From Octopus vulgaris (taxonomy: Eukaryota), in NCBI GenBank assembly GCA_951406725.2, contig OX597817.1, forward strand, positions 12,152,001 to 12,216,000: DNA of 64,000 nt, read 5' to 3'. Shown here piece by piece: positions 14,387 to 26,809 of this stretch. The translations under genes were made by a program, and so were the position numbers. Numbering within the stretch: position 1 is the first letter of the stretch; each line of letters opens with the position of its first letter. The notes under the pieces were generated by a model, which saw only the letters and a list, made by a program, of their open reading frames with translations, did no database searches and had not been told where the DNA came from.

Positions 14387-14717
14387 AAGGGGCTAATGCT
14401 AAAAAAAGAATAGATCACGCTGTTTCATTCTGGGTGTTTCTTCTTAGCATCCTCCTTCTCTCTGATGCAACATTAAACAATATTAAAGTTCTTCATTCCT
14501 CTGCTACAATTCTTAGAAAAAATTTCTTTGAATAGTTTTCCTCCTGGAACCCCACTTCCATATTTCTGCCAGCATATCTTTACCAAATTTTTTGGTAACC
14601 CCAAACTGTATGAATGCCTTTAAACAACCTTCCAACTTTCAGTATGCCAGAACTATCTTCTATAATAAAAATATAAATATCTTTCATACACCACAGAATT
14701 CTTTTTTTTTTTTTTAA

Positions 14718-15143
14718 GGTCAGGAGTGGCTGTGTGGTAAGTAGCTTGCTAACCAACCACATGGTTCCGGGTTCAGTCCCACTGCGTGGCATCTTGGGCA
14801 AGTGTCTTCTGCTATAGCCCCGGGCCGACCAATGCCTTGTGAGTGGATTTGGTAGACGGAAACTGAAAGAAGCCTGTCGTATATATGTATATATATATAT
14901 ATGTATGTGTGTGTATGTGTTTGTGTGTCTGTGTTTGTCCCCCTAACATTGCTTGACAACCGATGCTGGCTGGTATATTTACGTCCCCGTCACTTAGCGG
15001 TTCGGCAAAAGAGACCGATAGAATAAGTACTGGGCTTACAAAGAATAAGTCCCGGGGTCGATTTGCTCGACTAAAGGCGGTGCTCCAGCATGGCCACAGT
15101 CAAATGACTGAAACAAGTAAAAGAGTAAAAAGAGTAAAGAGAG
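14718..15143 (+). mobile_element. SINE family A
   Basis: CAGGAGTGGCTGTGTGG...AAACAAGTAAAAGAG. Confidence 0.85.
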
Positions 15144-16202
15144 TATCTAGCTTTAGTTTGAGAAAGTGAAACAGATAAATGATCTCACAGAATATGTTCA
15201 GTGATGTGCCGCATAATTTGTTAATTATAGGATTATTTCTTTCAAAGCAATTAATAGCTGATGTCACTGCTCCTCACAGGAATACTACAGCCATTGGGAT
15301 CTTTTAAAGCCCCAGCAGCACTAAGAAAATGCATTCAGAATTCTCAGCCGTAGTCATTTGTTTCAAGAAGCCTTGGAGACACTAGCATCAATTAAGTAAA
15401 TTAATTAAATCAACCTCAGTACATGATGGAAGAGTGAAAGGTAAAATTGACCTTAACAGGATTTGAACTCCAAATGTAAAGGTTCAAATTAAATATCACT
15501 AAACGCTTTGCCTGATGTTCTTCTAACAACTGTGCTAATCCACTGATTATAGGGTTAGCATATGTTGTTAACTCTTATGCTACTACATTTTATGATGAAA
15601 TATACTGGATATATTTTCAAATTTTGAAAATAATCAAGAAGTTGAGGTTTCTAGGAAATTGTTTTTATATCTAGTTTGCAAGATTCTTCATGTGAATTCG
15701 TGTGTTGAAGCAAATTTTGTTGTATCTGGATAGAGTCATACTGCCTTATTATCTAACACCCTCAACGGTGCAAAAACAATGAAAATTTGGAAGAAAAAAT
15801 ATAAATAATAAATGAGTGGAAATCAAACCAGTGAGTGTGTTAGATAATTAGGAATTAAGACAGTATGACTCTCCTCAGATACAACTAAGTTTGTTGTTGT
15901 TAAGCTGATGGTAAGAAGGTAACATAATAAAATTATGATGGACAGTTTTAATGTAAATATGAACTTTTTAACAGAGATAGATCTTTATCATAAAATTAGA
16001 GGCAATCTCTGACAAATTGTTATAAAATTGTTAATTCTCTGTTTTACCTGTGTTAAGATTTTCAGATAATATATTTGCCATAACAGTTATTAGACATTGT
16101 AAATGATAGGTGCCGACTGTCTCAAAAAATAAAATGAAATAATTAACATTAAGTTAAGACTCTGGCTGACGTACACTCTCAACTGTTTAATTATACACTT
16201 AC

Positions 16203-16258
16203 AGTATTTCCTGCTGTTGCACTGCCAATAACCAATCTCTTGCCAACACCATCCCTGC
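16203..16258 (-). CDS. GPHN: Gephyrin E-domain exon: SRDGVGKRLVIGSATAGNT
   Basis: Resembles gephyrin ADGPGDRFIIGESQAGEQ. Acceptor ttttcag, donor gtaagt, 56 nt, phase 1/0. Confidence 0.9.
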
Positions 16259-17181
16259 CTGAAAATTACAGAAAAATAACTTGAACATTAATAATGGATA
16301 GATATGGTCAAAGAATACAAATGAAGTATCTAACTATTAAAAGAATGTACAAGTTTTATTCCTCAGTTCAAGTATTTAAAAGTACCACAGAAACTGTATT
16401 TAGCCTTTTGTTACAGTTTGCTTCATCGTACTTGCTTACTCTATTTGATGAAAGATTTTGATAGAAATTCTGACAAGGGGAGAAGAAAACACAATCTGAG
16501 TTACCTTCAGACTGAAAACCTGTTCTGAATGTTTCCAACAGAGTGGACTCTATTAAAGGTACTTGAGGGCCAGATAGTGGTGTTAAACTGAGCAACTGAT
16601 TAACTATAACACCTAAGAAAAGGTACAGTCATCTGATAGGCTTCCACACAGTTTCCATCAACCTAATTTCATTCACAAAGATTGGGTCAACCAAAGGCTG
16701 TGGTAAAAGACTTGTCCAAGGCACTGTCCTAGAATTACAGGATTGCAAAGTGACTTCTTAACTATATGGTCATATCTGTATCCCAATGTTATGCAAGTGT
16801 CTGAATGTGTAGAAGCAAACAGGCAATTCAAAGCGAAGGAACACTGATTTATAGAGCAGTATTTGTAAGATTAAATTACTAGATGAATTATTTCAAGGAC
16901 GTGGAATCAAACTGTTCTCACTATTGAATTCTGTTCTTTAGCAAAATCTCATTATATTTTTTGCCTTAGTCAATATAACTGAAAACAAATACCACCCTGA
17001 TTTCCTGATTTCACACTTGAGTGAATGGTGTTAGGAAATACATCCAGTTGTAAAAACATTTGCTTGACAAATTGTTTGTAAACATTCAAACTAATGAAAA
17101 CAAATTTATTTGTGCTGACATGAAAAATTAGATACCAAGAGGTTAAAGGCAGAACACATGAAAATATCATGATTAACTTAC

Positions 17182-17274
17182 TCATCACAGCATAGCCATC
17201 TTTGATTGAAGCCCGAAATGGTGGTACGGGTTCTTTGGCAAACACATCTTCTGCTAGATAATAACCAAGGCACT
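17182..17274 (-). CDS. GPHN: Gephyrin E-domain exon: ECLGYYLAEDVFAKEPVPPFRASIKDGYAVM
   Basis: MoeA/gephyrin motif G..LA.DV.A....PPF..S.KDGYAV. Acceptor gacag, donor gtaagt, 93 nt, phase 1/1, in frame with both neighbours. Confidence 0.95.
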
Positions 17275-17533
17275 CTGTCAATAGAACAGATTAAAATAGG
17301 CAAAGTGAAATGAAATTTTATACAGAAAATATGTCAAAATTAAGGCATGACACTGAATAATTTCCTAATGAAGAATGCATTCAAAAATATACTTTAATAG
17401 CCCCACTACAAAATCACTAATTAACAGTTTAAAACAAAACCATATATCTTATATACAAATAAACATCAAGAAGGAGCCTTCCCATCACATGAAAAAAAAC
17501 AAAAAATCAGATGAAGAAAGTCATTCTACTTAC

Positions 17534-17665
17534 CTGAGTACTTAAATTTAGCAGTCTCTGCAACAGGAGTTTCTGCCAAAATTATGTCTAAAGCAGACTC
17601 AACAGAAATCATCTTATATGATGATTGCCGGGCACGGTTGGCCACATGGGTAGTATCAACATGAC
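17534..17665 (-). CDS. GPHN: Gephyrin exon (end of linker / start of E domain): xHVDTTHVANRARQSSYKMISVESALDIILAETPVAETAKFKYS
   Basis: Manual translation resembles vertebrate gephyrin [37 protein letters not shown]. Acceptor ttctcag, donor gtaagt, 132 nt, phase 1/1. Confidence 0.9.
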
Positions 17666-18567
17666 CTGAGAAGAGAAGAAATGCAAAGAATATAGACAGA
17701 GCTCGGATTATTCATTTATTCATTTAATGTCTGTTTTTTTCCTTGCATGGATTCGATGGGGGCTTATGTGAGGCAACATTTTATAGTATCATGCCCTTCC
17801 TGTTGCCAATCCTTACCAATTTGTCAAGTAAGGGATTATTTTCTTTCTATATCATTATTCTTCTAAATCGCAGAGCAATTAGTTGTAATGTTACCAAGAA
17901 ATGTAAACATGGTATCACCATTTCATTAAGACAGTGGCAAGTGAAGACATGATATGTTAACACTCGTGCACACATGCATATACACACACATATACAACAA
18001 GATTCTATACAGTTTTTGATTCCTAATTCTATTCACAGGGCATTGCCAGCCAAGAGACTATATATATAATGAAAGACAAACCTAAGGTATTATGCAGTAG
18101 GCACCCTTTACAAGTCTTTTCTACCACTAGAGATCAAGATCGATTATCATTTAAGTAAAGCAAAACTCGTGTATTTTAAAAGATACATACATATACATAC
18201 AAACACCCAATGAAGGCACATGACTTAGTGGTTAGAGCATCAGACTCACAGTCATGAGGTAATAAGTTCGATTTCCGGACTGGGCTGTGTGTTGTGTTCT
18301 TGAGCAAGACACTTTATTTCACATAGCTCTAGTTTACTCATCTGTAAAAATGAGTTGCAATGTCACTCAGGCCAAGCTGTATTGGCCTTTGCTTTCCCCT
18401 TGGATAACATTGGTGACATGGAAAGAGAAAGCTGGTATGCATGGGGGATTGCTGGTCTTCCATAAACAATCTTGTGCCTCAGAGGGTAACTTTCTAGGTG
18501 CAATCCCATGATCATTCATGACCAAAGGGGATCTTCACCCTTATATATATATATATATATATATGTG

Positions 18568-18906
18568 AAGGCGCATGGCTCAGTGGTTAGAGTGTTGAGC
18601 TTACGATCGTGAGGTTGTGAGCTCGAATCCCGGACCAGGCTGCGTGTTGTGTTCTTGAGCAAGGCACTTTATTTCACGTTACTCCAGTTCACTCAGCTGT
18701 AGAAATGAGTTGCGACGTCACTGGTGCCAAGCTGTATCGACCTTTGTCTTTCCCTTGGATAACACTGGTGGCGTGGAGAGGGAGGCTGGTATGCATGGGC
18801 GACTGCTGGCCTTCCATAAAACAACCTTGCCCGGACTTGTGTCTAGGAGGGTAACTTTCTAGGTGCAATCCCATGGTCATTCATGACCGAAGGGGGTCTT
18901 TACCCT
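18568..18906 (+). mobile_element. tRNA-derived SINE family C
   Basis: GGCGCATGGCTCAGTGGTTAG A-box, AGCTCGAATCCC B-box, then TTGAGCAAGGCACTT. An older diverged copy lies immediately upstream at about 18212-18542. Confidence 0.8.
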
Positions 18907-19539
18907 TTATATATTCATTCAAACTCATCTATTCTCTAAAATAATTCTTTCTTGTTTGTTCTAACTCTACAATGAGTAACCTTGTATCTTGGCTACATGT
19001 ATATACTTATTTCATACTTTTCTCTAAATAACTCCTTGTTTGCTACAGCCCTTAAAATGACCTTTCACATCGGTGACTGCCCCCACCATTTCCCACCAAT
19101 ACCGGAAATCTCTCTTTCTCTCTCTCTTACCAGAAATCTCTTTCTCTCTCTCCCACCAGAAATCTTTCACTTACTGGACATCCAGTTGCCTTTCCCCTTT
19201 CTCTTTCTCTATTGGTAATCTTGCTACCCTCTCCTCTCTCTCCACCTATCCTTAGACTAACTAAACCAGATAGTAGCCCACTTACCTTTTTTTTCCCGCA
19301 GCATCAGTAATGCTTCTCCCACAATGCTTATATTTACAATGCCCCAAACACTTTCATATACAATGCTGCCTCACTACCCCTCCCAGTAGAGGTAAAAACC
19401 TTAACAACTCTAACATGTCTGAATGACAGTAGGTTAAGAGCAAAAACAACTATTATAATGCCTGTTACCAAATATTCACAGGATCCTTCTTTTCAGGTAC
19501 TGAATAACCTCTCCTTCCTGTGCTGCCTCCCATAGCTCT

Positions 19540-22500
19540 TTCTCAGTTTTCAGATTTGGCACTCTAAATGTAAGGCACATTGAAAGGTAGGTCTAGCAAG
19601 ATTGCAGAGATGCTTGAACAGAGATGTGTTGATGTATGTTGCATACAAAAGGTAAGATGGAGAAGAGTTCTCACAGGCAAAGCACATAGGTATAAACTCT
19701 TCTGGGAAGATAATAGTGATGTAATAGGGGGTGTAGACAAAGAAATGGGTGGATAAGATCGTAGAGGTAGTGAGGGTGAGCAATAAAGTACTTAAACTTG
19801 CAGAATGCTATAGCTACTATTATCTATGCCTACACCCAACAAGCGGGCCTACCAAATGAAATGATAATGATCTCATCTTTGTGGCTGGAGATTTGAAAGG
19901 GCATGTCAGACAGCAATTTGGTATCTTCCATGGTGTACATGGAGGCCATGGAGCAGGTACCAGAAATGAAGAGGGAACTAGGCTCCTGGAGTTCTGTGAT
20001 GCAAATAACCTATTGATCTGCAACACCAACTTCAGAAAGCCAGCCAGCCACCTCATAACCTACCAATCAGGTGGCTCCACTAGCCAGATCAATTTCATTC
20101 ACACCAGACAGTGGGATGCACGGTTGTTCTTAAATACCCTCTCTGGTGAAGAATGTACACCCCAACATAGACTAGTTATTAGTGACTTTAGACTCAAGGC
20201 CAGAAGGATGCCAAAAACCAGACCAATTGGGAAAAGAAGGACTTGGGAGCTTAGGTCAGAGATTTAGAGATATCCTTACTGAGAAATTTGATGATAGGGA
20301 GGAGGAGCTACAGTCCTGTGACATAGAAGGCAGCTGGGAATTCCTGCGAGACAGCTTGCTGAGTGCCACAGACCAAATCTGTGGCTGGTGCAAAGTCCCT
20401 TCCAGACCTAGGGTAACATGGTGGTGGAACAACACTGTACACAGGGCCATTAGAGCAAAGAAACAGGCCTGGAATGCCTGGAAGAGTTGGGGTAGCAGGA
20501 GAATGTATCAGATAGCCAAAAGGGAAGCTAAGAGACAGGTATATATAGCCAAGGGAGTAGCAGAAAAGAAGTTTGCCAATGTCCAGCAATGTGAGGACCA
20601 GAGAACTGAAGTATTTTGGATTGTAAGACAGTGTGTGAGAGAAAACTGTGATGTCATAGGAGAGAAATGTGTCTGCATAGATGATGGTGCCCTTGTGTTT
20701 AAGGAATATGCAAAGAAAAAGGCTTGGAGAAGCAATTATGAAAGACTGCTGAATGTGGAGAATGAATGGGAGGAGAGTCTGCCAAAAGTTGACCCAATTG
20801 AGTGACCAGCTATCCGAATCGAGAGTACCCAGGTAGATAAAGCAATTAAGGATATGAAGACAGACAGCACCCAGCCAATCAGCAATCACTGCTGGGATGC
20901 TTAAAATATTGGGCAGTGTAGGTTATGGTCTTGTCACCCACATCATAAATCAGGTAGTTCATGAAGGAGTCATACCCAATGACTGGTGTAGCAGCACCAT
21001 AATCAACTGCTACAAGGGGAAGGGTGATGCTTTAGATAGATATAACTATAGGAGTATCAAATTATTGGATCAGGTGATGAAAGTTACAGAGAGGATCATA
21101 GCCCAACTAATTAGGGAGAGAGTTAGCCTAGATGAGATGCAGTTCGGTTTTGTGACAGGCAGAAACATCACCGATGCTATATATCTGGTAAGGCAATTGC
21201 AAGAGAAATACCTAGCCAAAAATAGAACTTTGTACTTGGCTTTTGTTGACTTGGAGAAAAGCTTTGACAGGGTGCCCCGGTCCCTTATCTGGTGGTCAAT
21301 GCGAAAACTGGGGATGGATGAGTGGCTGGGAAGAGCAGTACAAGCTCTGTACTGGGAGGCTGTCAGTAAGGTGAGTGTTGGCGATGAGTATAGTGAAGAA
21401 TTCCAAGTAGAAGTTGGGAATTCACCAAAGATCAGTCTTCAGCCCCCTCTTATTCATTATAGTCTTCTAGGTAATAACAGAGGAATTCAAGACAGGCTGT
21501 CCCTAGGAGCTCCTCTGTGCTGATGACCTTGCTCTAATAGCCAAGTCACTGCCAGAACTGGATACGAAGTTTAGGGTGTGGAAGCAAGGTCTAGAATCAA
21601 AGGGCCTTAGTAAGTCTTAGTAGGTAGGAAGGCTGTCAAATCACAATCCCCTTCGGGTAGATGGCCCTGCTCAATCTGTAAAAAAGGCGTGGGTAGAAAC
21701 TCCACACGATGTACCTGGTGTAAGCTATGGACACATAAATGGTGCAGCTATATCAAAGGAAGGTTAACCGGGAAAATAGTTTTTGTGTGTGGCAGATGCA
21801 CAGGGGCAATAAACACTGAAGATGTACAGAAAACAGATTCCATCACATGCCAGGGGAAGAAACTAGAAGTAGTTGATAGCTTCTGCTACCTAGGCAACCA
21901 AGTCTGTAGTGTGGGTGGTTGCTCTGTTAGTGTAGCGATTAAGTAAGAATAGCCTGGGCAAAGTTCAGGGAGTTCCCACCTCTGCTGGCATCTAAGGGCC
22001 TCTCTACTCAGGGTGAATGGTAGACTGTATGATGCATGAGTGCGAACTGCCATGTTACACGGTAGAGAAACATGGGCCATGAATGCTGAGGACTTGCATA
22101 GGCTTAGAAAAAATGAAGCTAGTATAATCCGCTGGATGTATAGTGTCAGTGTACATACACGACAGAGTGTAAGCGCCCTGAGAGAAAAATTGGGCATAAG
22201 AAGCATCAAATATGGTGTGCAAGAGAACAAAAACAGCCCTGGTGTGGCCATGTGTTACATATAAATGAAGACAGCTGTGTGAGGAAGTGCCACTCCCTAA
22301 CTATAGAAGGAATCTGTGGAAGAGGTTGACCCAGGAAGACATGGGATAAGGTGGTGAAACATGACCTTCGAACATTGGGCCTCACAGAGGTAATGACAGG
22401 AAACCGGGACCTTTGGAGATATGCTGTGATTGAGAAGACCCGACAACTAAAGTGAGATTGCTGCCATGCATGTCTGGCCCTGTTAAGAATACGCCTGACA

Positions 22501-22973
22501 CATCGGGCAATATGATATGCTTGAGAAGACTTGTTGAGTCAAGTAAAAGCAATATCTTAGTTAAAGCCAGTGACCTCTAACCGGCTCCTGTGCTGATGGC
22601 ACGTAAAAAGCACCATCTGAATGTGGTCAATGCCAGGTCTGCCTGACTGGCTCCTGTGCTGCTAGCTCATAAAAAGCACCAACCAATTGTGACTGATGCC
22701 AGTACCCCCTGACTGGCTCCTGTGCTGGTGGCATTTAAAAAGCACAATCCAAACATGATCGTTGCCAGGGCCGCCTTACTGGCTCCTGTGCCAGTAGCAC
22801 ATAAAAAGCACCCACTACACTCTCAGAGTGGTTGGCGTTAGGAAGGGCATCCAGCAGTAGAAACTCTGCCAGACTAGATTGGAGCCTGATACAGCCACTG
22901 GCTCTCCAGACTTTGGTCAAACCGTCCAACCCATGGAAAACGGACATTATTCGATGATGATGATGATGATGAT
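19540..22973 (+). mobile_element. Near-full-length decayed RTE-clade non-LTR retrotransposon (APE endonuclease + RT, frameshifted)
   Basis: APE motifs GDLKGHV, RNEEGTRLLEFC and PQHRLV; RT motifs YKGKGD, QFGF, FVDLEKSFDRVPR, ADDL and FCYLG. The 3' UTR carries GGCACGTAAAAAGCACC units and ends in (GAT)n. Confidence 0.9.
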
Positions 22974-23375
22974 GTGTGTGTGTGTTCATTTTAAAAGAAA
23001 GGGATTAATAAACTTAGAAAGGCAGTACTATTCTAATGTTTTTTTTTTTTATATTGTTGTAATTAGAGTTATAGATGACAAAAAATTACTCCCGTATTAT
23101 TGCACGTAACAACATGAACCACAACAACATCAACAGTTTTAAATTTAGGCACAAGGCCACCAGTTTTGAGGGGAGCGGGAAGTTAATCACTATCATCAAC
23201 CCCAGTACTTGACTGGTCCTTTATTTTGTCGATCTCAGAGGCATGAAAGACAAAGTTGATTATGGCAGGAATTGAACTTAGAATATAAGACTCCGAAGTA
23301 CCAGAAAGTATTTTGTTTGATATTCAACCAATTCAACCAGTCAACCATTCAACAACAACAAAACAATAATAATCT

Positions 23376-23621
23376 TACATTATTTACATTCGATGAATAT
23401 TTTTCCTCATCTTGTTTGTTTTTAACACAGCATTTCGGCTGATATACCCTCCAGCCTTCTTCAGGTGTCTTGGGGAAATTTTGAACCTGAGTTCTCATTC
23501 CTAAGGTATTCTTCAATATTATTAATATTATTATAATTATTATTGTTCAGGTCACTGCTTGGAATTAAACTCAGAATCTTGGGGTTAGTAGCCGTGCTCT
23601 TAACCTCTACGCCATATGCCC
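23376..23621 (-). mobile_element. tRNA-headed short element with hammerhead-ribozyme module
   Basis: Minus strand reads GGGCATATGGCGTAGAGG (A-box) ... GAGTTTAATTCC (B-box), an (ATA)n linker, then GACAC-CTGAAGA-AGGCTG..CAGCC-GAAA-..GTGTT. Same module order at 59607-59836 and 62303-62538. Confidence 0.7.
23424..23469 (-). ncRNA. Minimal type-I hammerhead ribozyme motif
   Basis: Reverse complement GACACCTGAAGAAGGCTGGAGGGTATATCAGCCGAAATGCTGTGTT. Confidence 0.6.
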
Positions 23622-23688
23622 GTGTAATAATAATAATAACATTGAAGAGTACCTTAGGAATGAGAACTCAGGTTCAAAATTTCCCCAA

Positions 23689-23734
23689 GACACCTGAAGA
23701 AGGCTGGAGAGTATATCAGCCGAAACATTGTGTT
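23689..23734 (+). ncRNA. Minimal type-I hammerhead ribozyme motif (inverted arm)
   Basis: Stem I GACAC/GTGTT, core CTGAAGA (CUGANGA), stem II GGCTG/CAGCC, GAAA box, very short stem III. Confidence 0.65.
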
Positions 23735-24540
23735 AAAAACAAACAAGATGAGGAAAAATATCCATCGAATGTAAATAATGTAAATAATTCCTCATCTCTT
23801 AAATATAGAACTGGAATAATAATCTTTTTTATTATAGACACAAGGCCTGAAATTTAAGGGGCAAGGGTAGTCAATTATATTGACCCCAGTACTTGACTGG
23901 TACATATTTTATTGACCCTGGAAGGATGAAAGGCAAAGTCAAACTTTGCAGTATTTGAACTCAGAACATAATAACAGATGAAATGCCACTAAACATTTCA
24001 CAGGTGTACTAACGATTCTGCTAGCTTACTGCCTTGACAACCACAACAGCAATAATAATAATAATACCAATAATATTAATAATCAAGTAGAGGTTCTCAT
24101 GGCCTCTGGTCTTAACTGAATGAAACTGTTAAAATGTACAATTTTGTCTTGATTTAACGGATGGGCTACAACAAAAATTCTGCTCAATACCACAGATTTG
24201 CTTGTCTGTTGTTTGACCTTCACCAGTTGAGCATATCTCTTAGTAGCTGACAATATGTGCATTTCTAATCATGAGCAGGAGTAGTGAGGGAGCACTATAT
24301 CCATGTGTTGAGAAGAACTCTTTGAGGTTTTAATAACTCCTTCCTGGAGACATGGGTGTTTTGTTAATCACCCTTATACAACACTTATTCAGGGACCTTT
24401 TGAGTGGGACTGGCCACTCAGCCTGAAGAACATACTTACCTGCAAGGTCATGCACTGTTTATCTTGATATGAGGTCATCATGTTGCACACATATGGTTGT
24501 GATGCATCTGCCTGATGTACCCTTATTAGATGGGTAGTCA

Positions 24541-24574
<34 letters not shown>

Positions 24575-24577
<3 letters not shown>

Positions 24578-24741
24578 GAGTGGCTGTGTGGTAAGTAGCT
24601 TGCTTACCAACCACATGGTTCCGGGTTCAGTCCCACTGCGTGGCATCTTGGGCAAGTGTCTTCTGCTATAGCCACGGGCCGACCAATGCCTTGTGAGTGG
24701 ATTTGGTAGACGGAAACTGAAAGAAGCCTGTCGTATATATG

Positions 24742-24776
<35 letters not shown>

Positions 24777-24994
24777 TTGTGTGTCTGTGTTTGTCCCCCT
24801 AGCATTGCTTGACAACCGATGCTGGTGTGTTTATGTCCCCGTTACTTAGCGGTTCGGCAAAAGAGACCGACAGAATAAGTACTGGGCTTACAAAAGAATA
24901 AGTCCCGGGGTCAAGTTGCTTGATTAAAGGCGGTGCTCCAGCATGGCCGCAGTCAAATGACTGAAACAAGTAAAAGAGTAAAAAGAGAAAAGAG
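24575..24994 (+). mobile_element. SINE family A nested in an (AAT)n-tailed repeat
   Basis: Flanked by (TA)n on both sides; the host repeat resumes at about 25020. Confidence 0.8.
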
Positions 24995-25578
24995 TATATA
25001 TATATATATATATATATAGATTGGGTTTTGTATATTCGTACCCCAGTGCCACTGTGATGGTGTGTGCTGCTCTCTCACTCAATAATAATAATAATAATAA
25101 TAATAAAAATGATAATAATAATAATAATTTCTAATGTAAACACACAGAAATTTGAGGATAGAAAGCAGTCAGTTATATCAACCTGGTGCTTCACTGGTAC
25201 CTTATTTTATTAGTCCTGAAACACAAGGTCAAAACTCTGCACGATTTGAACTTAGAATGTAAAGGGATCAAAACAAAATACTACAAGGCATTTTATCTGA
25301 CATTCCCACTAATGTTTCGGCTATCCACAGCCATAATAACAACATTAATAACAACAACAACAACAACAATAATAATGTTCATAAATTTAGACAAGTTTGT
25401 ATTCTTTGGGGAGACAAGAATCCTGACGTTTTAAGCAAAACACACAAGGATATCTTCTCACTGCTACTGTAAACATCTTCTCCCCAAGACATACAAACTT
25501 ATTCATATGCCAGCTTTACTAAATGATTTTTTTTACCAACACAAGACCACCTCTAGATTTTTCAGGGTCTGGTTTTAT

Positions 25579-26196
<618 letters not shown>

Positions 26197-26280
26197 ATTT
26201 GCTGGTGGTAATGATGATGATGTTGATGACCATCTCTAACGTGGGTACAAGGCCACAAAGTTTAGTAGGGAGTATTTAGT

Positions 26281-26507
26281 ACTCTTTTACTCTTTTACTT
26301 GTTTCAGTCATTTGACTGCGGCCATGCTGGAGCACCGCCTTTAATCGAGCAACTCGACCCCGGGACTTATTCTTTGTAAGCCCAGTACTTATTCTATCGG
26401 TCTCTTTTTGCCGAACCGCTAAGTGACGGGGACGTAAACACACCTGCATCGGTTGTCAAGCAATGCTAGGGGGACAAACACAGATACACAAACACACACA
26501 CACACAC

Positions 26508-26538
<31 letters not shown>

Positions 26539-26707
26539 TATATACGAAGGGCTTCTTTCAGTTTCCGGCTACCAAATCCACTCACAAGGCTTTGGTCGGC
26601 CCGAGGCTGTAGTAGAAGACACTTGCCCAAGGTGCCACGCAGTGGGACTGAACCCAGAACCATGTGGTTGGTAAACAAGCTACTTACCACACAACCACTC
26701 CTGCACC
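26281..26707 (-). mobile_element. SINE family A
   Basis: Full-length match; head-to-head with the copy at 26810. Confidence 0.85.
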
Positions 26708-26809
26708 TAGTAGTAAATGGAATTTTCATAAAGACTGAAACTAGTCCCACTGATGCCCCTTTTTCTGTCAAGAGAGTGAAGTTGTATAAAAAGAATGTCC
26801 ATCACAGTA

